This document shows, piece by piece, positions 38,820 through 49,800 of a DNA stretch of 64,000 bases. The first letter of the stretch is position 1. Each line of letters starts with the position of its first letter. This stretch comes from Glaucostegus cemiculus. Lineage: Eukaryota. The stretch covers positions 20,398,001-20,462,000 of the forward strand of contig CDPCPM010000005.1 in assembly GCA_976551045.1 (NCBI GenBank), read 5' to 3'. The position numbers and the translations under genes were made by a program. Under the pieces are notes generated by a model. It had not been told where the DNA came from, did not search any database, and saw nothing but the letters and a program-made list of their open reading frames with translations.

Positions 38820-40588
38820 AGAACATAGAACATTACAGCACAGTACTGGCCCTTCGGCCCACGATGTTGTGTTGACACTTTATCCTGCTCTAAGATCTAT
38901 CTAACCTTTGCCTCCGACATAGTCCTCCATTTTTCTATCATTCATGTGCCTATCTAAGAGTCTCTTAAGTGTCCCTAAAGTATCTGCCTCCACCTCCTCT
39001 GCCAGCAGTGCGTTCTGCGCACCCACCATTCTCTGTGTAAAAACTTACCTCTGACATCCCCTCAGTGCTTTCCTCCAAAATTATACCCCCTTGTTTTAGC
39101 CATTTTTGCTCTGCGGAAAAGTCTCTGACAGTCCTCTTGATCTATGCCTCTTATCATCTTGTACTCTTCTATTAAGTCACCTCTCATCCTCCTTCGCTCC
39201 AGTTAGGAAATCCCTAGCTCGCTCAAGCCACCCTCATAAGACACGCTCTCCAATCCAGGCAGCATCCTGGTAAATCTCCTCTGCACCATCTCCACATCCT
39301 TCCTATAATGAGGCAATCGAAAATGAACACAATACTCCAAGTGTGGTCTGACCAGAGTTCTATAGAACTGCAACATTACTTTGCGGCTCTTGAACTCAAT
39401 ACCCCGACTAATGAAGGCCAACACACTGTTTGCCTTCTTAACAACCCTATCAACCTGCGTGGCAACGTTGAGGGATCTATGGGCATGGACCCCAAGATCC
39501 CTCTGTTCCTCCACACTGCTAAAAGTCCTGCCATTAACCTTGTATTCTGTCTTCAAATTCAATCTTCCCGAGTGCATCACTTCACACTTTTCCAGGTTGA
39601 ACTCCATCTGCCACTTCTCAGATCAGCTCTGCATCCTATCAATGTCCTGTTGAAACCTCCAGCAACCTTCTACACTATCCACAACACCACCAACCTCTGT
39701 GTCATCTGCAAACTTACTAACCCACCGTTCCACATCCTCATCCAAGTCATTTATAAAAAGCACAAAGAGCAGGGGTCCCAGAACAGATCCCTGTGGAACA
39801 CCACTGGTCACTGACCTCCAGTCAGAATATGCTCCATCTACAAGCAGTGATCTGAGCCTTCCATGAGGAACCTTATCAAATGCCTTACTAAAATCCATAT
39901 ATACCACATCCACTGCTCTATCTTCATCAATGTGCTTTGTCATATCCTCAAAGAATTCAAAAATTCTTATGAGGCATGACCTGCCCCTCACAACGCCATG
40001 CTGACTGTCCCTAATCAGCCTATGCTTCTCCAAATACCCATAAATCCTGTCTCTAAGAATTTCCTCCAGTGACTTGTCCACAACTGAAGTAAGACTCACT
40101 AGCCTGTAATTCCCAGGGTTATCCCTACTCCCTTTATTAAACAAAGGAACAACATTTGCCACCCTCCGATCTCTGGCACTACTCCTGTGGCCAGTGAGGA
40201 TGCAAAGATCATTGCCAAAGGTGCAGCAATCTCTTCCTTCACTTCCTGGAATAACCTTGGATATATTCCATCTGGCCCCAGTGATTTATCAATCCTAATG
40301 TTTTTCAAAAGTTCCAGCACATCCTCTTTCCTCATATTGACATGCCCTAGTGTATCAGCCTGTTGTATGCCATTCTCACAAACACCAAGGTCTCCCTCAT
40401 TGGTGAATACTGAAGCAAAATATTCACTAAGGACCTCCCCTACCTCTACTGACTCCAGGAACATGTTTCCTCTTTTATCCCTGATCGGCCCTACCCTCAT
40501 TCTAGTCATCCTCCTATTCATCACATAGGTGTAGAATGCCTTGGGGTTTTCCTTAATCCTACTTGCCAAAGCCTTCTCATGAATACCC
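38820..40588 (-). mobile_element. 5'-truncated CR1 LINE with a frameshifted reverse-transcriptase ORF2
   Basis: Three overlapping minus ORFs carry RT motifs: PGNYRLVSLTSVV, VDVVYMDFSKAFDKVPH, SGVPQGSVLGPLLF, KFADDT, EEQRDLGV, LVRPHLEYC. The 3' end reads gggccgaagggcc...tgttctatgttct at 38820-38860. Confidence 0.96.
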
Positions 40589-40624
40589 AATTGAATAGCC
40601 AATTCTTGCTTCTATTTCTTCCAT

Positions 40625-42120
40625 CCTCAAGATTAGTAAACCCGTTCTCAGCTTCACTGCCATACTCAGATGCTGCTAGAACTGCAACGGGAATGATAAC
40701 ATTGGCCACTAGCCATTGCATGTTGGTTTGCTAATGATTCATAAATGTATGAATGGGCTTGACCACCACTTTCATGCTGGATAGAATGAGCTCCAAGCTT
40801 TGTGCAAAGCTTTTTGTCATTTTGTATACTCAACTGCCTTTTTCTAATTAATATCCTCATTGGACTCTTGTGTTATCTTAACGTTTAAAGAGCCTGCATC
40901 TTCAACTTCTCTTTCCTCAGCAATGGTTGCAAGCTGCTAGTGCCCAGGAACTCACCACAGACAGAGTATCTCAGCTCCTTGTTTTCCTTTAAGTTACATG
41001 CAATGTCAGTTTTGAAGCTGGTGGCTGTGAGTGCAAAATCGAGTGACACTTCATCATTATTGTCTTTACCTTCCTGCACAACCTAGACAGATTGCAGTTC
41101 CTGTGTATTCAAAATGAGTGAGGGTGGAGTGCAGGGAAAAGTAACAACTGCATGCTAGTGTTTCAAAAGTGAGTGTGGGCCATCTGAAGTAGGCTTCAAT
41201 GCAATTATGTAGTTATCTTTTCACTTTTCAGCTCTGCCTCTGGCCACAGCCTGAGCAAAGTAAGCCCAGTAATGACCAGCATCGTTTCCTCCACAGGAGT
41301 AAGGTTATGCAGATATTCCTGTCCACCTTTTTGGCTGGAAGCTGTGGGCTCTGGTTTTGTCAGTGTCAAGCAATCTGTCAGGATGGTGTGGTCAGTGAAA
41401 TAGCTCCCTGAATGTACCAGCTGTGAGTGTGAAGCTCCCAGCAGTGCTAAATGTACGAGGCGATGGGTTTGTGTGTGCATGTTAGGTGTGCATCTTGACT
41501 TGAGGAGATTGTTGGTAGATAAGTGATGGTAGGTGATGATTTAGTCAAGTGCTTGAGGCTCATAGTGCTGTATGTTGAAGATGGCAGTTGAAGATACATT
41601 CACTGACTTTGTTCATTCCAATAACGTCACTAAACTTCTAACATGTCATACTCAGGTCTCGGGAGTTTGAATCTAGGGATTAACCTCTAGGAATATCTGG
41701 TCCCATTGTCTTTTTATTTTGTATCTGGTGCACTCTGAAACTTCTACCAAAACATGATGTATCTCGTAATACCCAACTCCTCCACCTATGCCAACCTTTG
41801 GAACACTGTATGCAAAACATGGATACCTCTCTCCCATGCTGCACTGTTCTTCACTGTTTCCCAGTAAGTATCCATGGCAGACGACCTGCTACCATTTACT
41901 CCAGAAACAAAGCACCTTCGAGCAGTGCAGGCTAACTTTAAATGGTGCTCTCCATTCATGAGATTAGACCCCTGCTGAAGCATCCTCCTAATGAGCAGCT
42001 CAGTTAACAAACTGCATGAAACTGACATGCCACCTGCATTATATTGAATAGGCTCTAGCTAAGTATCTCGTGATGCTCCGCCAACCCTCACTCCCATACC
42101 CCACACTCAACTTTTCTCAG
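40625..42120 (-). mobile_element. Second decayed Harbinger-type Myb/SANT gene fossil
   Basis: The minus strand near 41715-41605 reads KRQWDQIFLEVN...KFSDVIGMNK|gtcagt. ORF 41205-41480 contains KGGQEYLHNLTPVEETMLVI, and ORF 40885-41079 contains DNNDEVSLDFALTATS. The segment order is the same as in the 28790-30090 copy. Confidence 0.6.
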
Positions 42121-45097
42121 GTGTTTTCAAATTCAGCTTTCTAAACCTTCAGTTTAGAAAGCTAAACCTACATAACTGTTAGCATCATTTTGTTTAATTA
42201 TAAAGATACCTTGTTTAAAAAAGACAATTTCTATCAGGGTTTCCTGACTTGGCTTTATGAATATTTTTATACATGCAAATGTTGTTCTGATTTCCAAGTT
42301 TAATGCATTAGATCTTGACTTTTCATTGGTAAAATATCATAAAAACTGCTTCCCTGTCAAAAAGGCCAAATCAACAGGATGACTTATAAACAAATAGGTA
42401 CTGGAAGACAGCTTTTCTTTACATCTTTGATTAAATGCTTTCAGATAGCTCCTTTGATCTGATACTGCGATTGCAAAAAACACATCTGGTTTATTTTTTA
42501 AATTATCCCTTTTACAGGAGGCACACAGATGACAGTAAAATTGATACAAGGCTTCTTTTTAATTTCATAGGTCACGTGGAATCCTGCAAGGCATCTCGTA
42601 CAATTTATAATCAACAAGCACTGCCAGATTCTGCTTCATGCTCAACTAATGCCCATTTTGTGTATCTTTTATTTGCACAAGGAATATTGTAACAGTAAAC
42701 AAGTGTGTTTTCATTTTTAATTTTCATATTATTCAAATGCAACAATTTAGCAAATCCAACATCTTCCCTCTCTCCATATTTTCCTCATTTCTTTTCCCCA
42801 GAGGGTCATCGTCTCCCTTTAGGAGAAAATCTATGGATAGCAGAAACAGCTTGCCTCTGTAACCTGGGGCTTAGCTGCAGTGGCATTGGAACTACCAGAT
42901 GTCAGCCCTATCCCACCTTATAAAATGACTATTCCTTATTCTATCCTGTTCACCTAATATAAAGTCTTAGAGGAATGTGGCCAGCTTGGGTCTAGTCTAC
43001 AAATATACCCTATCTTCCAATAAATAGCATGTAAATGTTTTACTTTGCTTTCTCTCCTCATTTGTTCACTTTTCTAATTATAAGAATAGTATCAGGGATA
43101 TTTTAAGAATACTGCAGCATAATCAATAATTAGAATATTTTCATGAAAGATCCCTCAACAATGAAAAAAAACTCTCCTCTTCTTACTTTGTCTTTTCTGG
43201 CAGAGACAACAAAACATTCCCCAGCAGCAGTACATACATGATGAAGTTTATGGTCATATATTTCAGGTTAAAATCTGTGCTATGTTGAACTAGAATACTA
43301 TTCAATAAAACCATCAATTTATTTTGGACAATAAAACATCTGAGACTTATCATTGTCTCTCACACTGTTGCAGGCTTAGGCTATTAAAAATTGTATTGTG
43401 CTTGATACTTGATTCAAATTGTAGATTTAAAATATTGCATTCTAATTTCACAGAATATCAGTTTGATAGCACTACAGGCTGAGAAGGCACCTGCAATCTG
43501 CAAAGAAAATAGACTACGACTGTAAAAATGTACATTGCATAATACGTAAATGTTTTTTTCTGCTGGGTAGGGATAGGAAGCTGATAATTTTAGACCATCT
43601 TTAGCTTAAAATAAAACATTGGCCTAGAAGTTCACCTGCACTGATTCTCTGACCTTCAAGTGATGTTAGCAATTTTTCCAACATTGTCTTAAAAAGCTTA
43701 AAATCATCGTGAAATTTATTAGAGCCAGTTCCCAAACAGCACCTGCAGATTGCCTTGTGTAACGCTGCTCTGTTCCAGGAACGGTAGATGTTGGTGGTCA
43801 AATTTCCCATGTTGGCAACACCCTTTCTCATAACTCTGACCTCAGGAAGAGGTCCTTAAAGGGTAATTTCACAATACCTCTATCATTGGCAAGGACTGAG
43901 TGCACGACAATGATGGGGTGGGTGCAGGTGTGGTGCTAGAGTCCCCCTGGGAGCACAGGAATTTGCACAGGCTTCTGAAGAGTTGTGTGCAGCTTTCTTG
44001 TATCAAGGATATCTGTGGCAAAGTATTGCCATGGAGGTGTCTGTAAGGGCATGAGTGCCCAATGTAAATGTCTGCCTTTGGGAGGTTGCTATTGAACTGA
44101 GTTCCGGGTATGAATACAAAAGCCAAATTGACCAAAAATCACAAGCTTCCCCATGAAAGTTGAGCATTTTTTTTTATTTCAATGATGCAGCAGTGAGCAT
44201 CAGAGTTTAGACGTGGCACATCTCAGCAGAGAAAACTTGGAAGAATTTTGAAGCAAGGTTCCTGGGATTCGGAGATTACACTTGTGCATGAGGACAACCT
44301 TTATGGACAGTTTCCTGCAATGATGTTGCTGCAGTAACTGTTAATCAGGGGTTTGTCCCTGTGAGCCTAGGTGGAGAAAGTTTTTAGTGGCACCTCTTTT
44401 CTTAGATTTTTTTTTCATATATTTTATCGAATGAACTTTCAATCACATTCTTTTTTTGTATGATTTCTTCCAGCATTTCTGACCACTGAATTCTGATGGT
44501 CAACCTATTGAAATCAACTGACAGTGCAGTGACTGGGATCCCAGTTTGGGTCAGTGTATTTTAGATTTGATTTGCAGTGAGTTGAACTGCACTCTGCTTA
44601 CAACTGGAGGAGAAGTGTTTTTGACCATTTAAATTATGTTCAGTTTAAATCTTCTGCATTATTAAAAGCTCCTTTTCCTAGGAAGGAATAGCAACAATGA
44701 CTGTTAGGCTCAATGAGGTGCAAAGTCTCATTAGAAACAAATTTTGGAGGTTATACCACTAATGACGTCACTTGAATGAGCTGGACACCAGAAAAAGTAC
44801 TCTAGGATACATAAAATTCTCATAACAAGAAGTCCATATGCCATTAAGAATTGGTGTTAAATCTCTAACAAACCTGTGCAAAATTGGTTAAAGTCACATA
44901 ACATAATTTTTGTCTACATAGCAGCAGTTATTCTGTTGCTGTGCAATCAAATTTCTAGGCCATTGTATTTATTTCAATCCAACTATTGTCTCAAATTCAA
45001 ATATTTTTGAGCATACAAAGGTCATTGTTACGTTGCTTGAAACTCCTTTTGCTTTGAACTTTCTCTTGTTATGATCATTGGAGTCTCAGCAGGGGAG

Positions 45098-45130
45098 TCA
45101 GATTTACATTGCTCAGATTTACATTGCTCA
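45098..45130. repeat. 15-bp tandem duplication (TCAGATTTACATTGC)x2
   Basis: Exact copies at 45098-45112 and 45113-45127. Confidence 0.9.
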
Positions 45131-46464
45131 CTTGAATTACACTGAAGCTTAGGGTGTCAGAACAGCATGCATCCTAGAAGGGTCACTTAGCATATATTAT
45201 ATTGCTGAGTCTTTGCAAAGAGTTTCTACAAGACCTTCACTTTTCAGTTAGTAGAAAATGGAAAGCTTGCCACTTTTACTGTCAAGCTTTAAAAAAATTG
45301 CATTAGGGTTGGATGTGATATTTACAATAATTATATTGCAACTGATATGAGGCATTAAGAATTAGAAATATACTATACCACAGGCACTTGTACTGCTCTA
45401 GTTTCAATATGGCACCAGTAAAAAAGGTGCAGTATAACTTGTTTTATCATTATCTATAAAAAAATATACTTTTATACCAAGAAAATAAAAAGTAATTTTA
45501 TCAACATTTCCTAATTCAGGAAGCAATTTTAGAGGACAGAAATTCGAGGGGAAAACATTTAATTTAAAACAGCTCTGTGTTTTTGTAATCCAACATGTTA
45601 TACTGTGTCCAAAAGGCTTCCCCTGGTTAAAGATCAACTAAAGCCCCATTTCCCACTAGATCTGAAAGTGATTATGCATTAGTTTGCTTTGAATCCACAG
45701 GGTACACGTCACCTCTCTCTGCTCCAACCCTGTTTACATGATATGTTATTGCACAAGCTATAGTAATTTCCTTCATCTTGGTATCACATTATGGTTACCA
45801 GGTAACACTGCCAACTTCACTAGCAGTAGAGTAGCTCATTTGACCATTTAATTTGTATGTGTGGGTAAAACCAAGGAATTCCCACTCTGAGGGCAGAATC
45901 AGCAAGAGATAGATCTCAACCAATCTGCTCTAATGACACAGTACTTGTTTCAAAGAAACAGTCTATTTGTGAGAAACAGATACTTGGAATACCAAGTAGA
46001 TGTCTAATATTTTCCAAATATTATCCAAATATAGTAAAAGGTAATATGTTAATGAAAATTAATTGCAAAGTTTGGGCTGTTACTCACACAAGATATTGTT
46101 CCATTTAGAAATTAACAGTAGCAGCAAGTAAAACAGAAACTCACTGAAACACCATAGATGAACAATTATTTGACTAAGGAAACTGAAGAGTAACAAGGGT
46201 TATATACTTTATGATACTGATAAAATCAAGAAAAACCTCATTAAAAAACATTTTTGTTTATTGGCACTAGTGTATGTATTATTCCTCAGTGAGAAGGTAA
46301 GCAACTGACAGCTATAGCTTACCACAGGGACCTGATGATAAAGCCGTTATCTAGCAACATTGGCTCAGGTACTTTCAACCGCTTAGTATATATACATATA
46401 AAATAGGAGGCTCAGATATTGCTTCTCCTTCATTGCAACAAGAAGTATTTTTAACTGTTGTCTA

Positions 46465-46800
46465 ACTTTGTGGTAATATTGTTACTGGTCTGGGGTAATA
46501 ATCAGAAAATGAAAATTCAAATACAACTACGGAAACTCAATATGTTTTTTTAAAATCTGGAAGTAGAAAGTAACCATGAAGGTAAAGGAATACCATTTAA
46601 AAATCCAACTGGTCCCTAACAACCTTAAATGCCCTGTGCTACATGTGACTCCAACCAGACACCATTGTGGGTGACTCTTAACTGACCTCTGAAGTGACAT
46701 AACACATATTCAGCTGTTTAACATTTTTTCAGGACAACTAGGGAGGAGTAATGTATGCTGACCCCGCCAGTGACACACGCTTCCTAAGAACAAATGGGAA
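46465..46800 (+). mobile_element. Degenerate tRNA-derived chondrichthyan-type SINE
   Basis: Weak A box (gtggtaat) and B box (aattcaaatac). The body reads aaatctgga...taaccatgaa...aaaaatccaactggt...atgtgactcc...gtgggtgactcttaactgacctctgaagtg, and the tail reads aggacaactaggga...tgctgaccccgccagtgacac. Confidence 0.65.
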
Positions 46801-49800
46801 AAAAAAGAATCTGACAGAAGGGAAAAGGGATCCATTGCAACATTCCCTTCACTCAATGTTTAGATGATCCTGTAAATGGATGCACATGCTGTCAGCACAA
46901 GGAAGCTATGCACTGTTCTTCAGAAGCCTATGCAAATTCATGTGCACCTGCAAGGACTCTACCCCCTGTAGATAGTGAAAGGCTGCTAATATAAAGATTG
47001 CTGAATCTCATATCCAATCGTTAGTATATTTGTATGGTGTATGGCCCATAGAGCAGTCTCTAAAATGGGATCTTTTGTTAGGTTGGAAAAGCAATAACAT
47101 ATTGCAGTTCTTTGTGAACGACTGAATTGGCACTATGATGAGCACCCACTTCTTTACCACAGACCGCTGGAGCAATTTGCCCATGGCACTGCCTATCCTG
47201 CATTCCTATTTGGCGATGAATTCATAGCTCAGAACACCTGGAAGCTCTCCCAAGTTATGCAGAAGTAGCCCATGCCTTGCAGCTCTGGTTTCCTGTAGGA
47301 AATGAAGTCACTCACCAAAGCCAAATCTATTTTGAAAATGAATTGAACTCATCATTTCTTCTAACGATGATGCAAACAGTCAACTAAATCACTTTCTCTC
47401 TGCATTCAAAATATGATGACCAGTTTTGGAGAGATAGAAATCACTTAGTTTAAGTTCTAATTATATTTTGCTGAGCAGTTAGTCTTCTGGTGAATTACTA
47501 CTACAGCTTTTCTTTAATTCATTGTGCCCTAACACTTAACCCTGAAAACAGATGTCTCAGATTTGTTTGTGTTCAGCAGGGTAAGGGTAAATAAGTTTCA
47601 ACATGCACAAAGTAGTTCAATTAATACTAATGAAGAGTGCAATTATTTCAATTTACACCACTGATTAATTGTGAAACACAATGAATACCAATACAATAAA
47701 CAAACATGACAGTCAAACCTTTAATCAAGTGGATGATCATTAGTCAATTAACTTGTAATCAATTAATAAATAGAGTTAGTTGATCACCTCTTCTCACACC
47801 AATAAACATCAAGTCCGTTTCAGAGAATTTGGCTGTAGGGAGGATTTTCACTAATTATAGTTTTACCAGATAAAGGACCAGCAAAAATCTCACTTAAATC
47901 AATTTCCAATTGCCTAGAAATTCATCCCCGGTTGGTAGTGTAAAATGTGCTACATAGTGTGTCAACATATCGTACTCTGTCTTTGATTTTTTTTCCATTG
48001 GGGTCAATCGAATGGAGGCAGAATGGAGTGAAGTTTTAGTTAATAACACGATTTTAGTTAATACCTTTCATGATCTTTGTTTGTTATATTTAAATGTAAT
48101 TTTACAGAAAAAAATGATAGTTCATCTGTTTGTTTTTCATTTCTATGTGTGAACTGACTAGCAGATTTTCTGAAATATTGCTTACAGTAGCAAAGGCAAA
48201 CTCATTCATAGAGGCAGAAGTCAGCCAGTTTCATCAGACCATCCGTTGCTGCATTGAGTCACAGGTGTCTGTAAAACATATTAAAAATCTCATCTCTGCA
48301 TGTATTTCTACCTGCAAAGCCTTCTTTTTTATGTCATGCTAAGTCAAGATGAGACTTTTAACATATTGTGTAAATATCTGAGAGTTCTTGCTGACTACAA
48401 TTTCATGTTGACAATTCAATTTTACAATGGAATCTGCCTATGTAACCTCACCACATCTTAATTATACATTTTGCCTCACTCTTGTTATCCCTTAGCTTGT
48501 AAATTAACAGAAGAAATGTTTACAAACATAAGATTAGGGTAATGTGCTTATTGTCTCTCCTTTAAGATATTGTGAAGCTTTGTTTCTAGTAGATCTGACA
48601 GAAAATGACAAAATGCATCACAGTTGAGGCTGGGAAATTCAAGTGTCAGGTGGCCCTTGGGCTCTAACCTGCAACCTCTAAATTCTTGTCACTAGACCAC
48701 TGGGTTGTTGTGGCCATTATTCTCAATATGTCTTCCCCAATCAATATTTACTAATTTTGTTACAGCAAGGCTATCCTATTAATGTATGGGTGGGAAGCAT
48801 TAAACAGAAATGTACTGGTGGGCTATTTATCATCCTGTAAAACTTGATCTCTAATATTCCAACTGTAAAACATTTAATATTTTCAATAACTCTAACCAAA
48901 GAAAAGACACATAAAAGCTACAATGCTTAATATGTGAAAATCATACTAACTTCTGTTTAACTTTATATTTACGGGAGGGGTTGGTTGAGAAATAGGCGAC
49001 TATAAATTTTAAGTGGTTGTGGACACAGACACCATTAGAGCTAAAGTGAATTGGATAAAGAGCTGTACAAAATGATTATCCAAAGCTTATTCTGCTGTCA
49101 CTCTTCTGTTTAAATAGCACTTTCAGAATTAACATAGAAATAGCCTTTGGAATGTTAATCTTCCAATATGATTCTTTATGAACTCAACATAGATTCAAAA
49201 TGCTTCTTTTCATTACTTGCACAGCATTTCAGGAAAAAAACACAGTAGTCAATATTTCGTTCCATGTCTGTACTAGGTTTTGCAGTGATTATAAAATGGC
49301 AGTGTGTGAGCAATTATTTTTCAATGCTCGCATACAGCAAATGGAATTACAATAGAAAAACCATCCATTAAAAACAAAACTTAGTGTGCATTGACTCCAT
49401 AACTTCAACAATAGTGCAAACCATGTGCACAAAGCTCTTTCCTGGGTGCAGGAACTCGGGTTCCAATCAGGCAGATCTCCGTCTACACTAACCAGCCAAA
49501 ATCAAAACAGTTGCAACTGATCAGCTACTAGTGTCAGCAGTCTGATTTCAGTATTAAGGAAGCATGACTGTTTTGCTCATGAGGTGATGGGTTCACCCAA
49601 CAGTCTGTGCAGATAGCAATATTGAGAGTATAATCCAACAGAGTGAATTTGTCATAACCTTTTGAAGAATTTAGCCCATGCCAATCAAGAGAAGGAATGT
49701 TTTAAAATTGGCTACAACTGCTGCAGTTGGAATCTTGAGTACATCAGAAATTCTTCTTTCCGATAATGTATATGTTGGCATTATCATGTACTGATAATAC

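Noticed and set aside
39308-40528. Plus-strand ORFs of 168, 90 and 113 aa (also 26285-26653)
   Set aside because: They are antisense shadows of CR1 ORF2.
5370-43658. ERR response elements TNAAGGTCA (5370-5378, 15766-15774 reverse, 43650-43658 reverse) and CCAAGGTCA (8020-8028) as autoregulatory sites
   Set aside because: About two hits of an 8-base-specified motif are expected by chance in 64 kb on both strands. These hits are unclustered, so they are unsupported without conservation or ChIP data.
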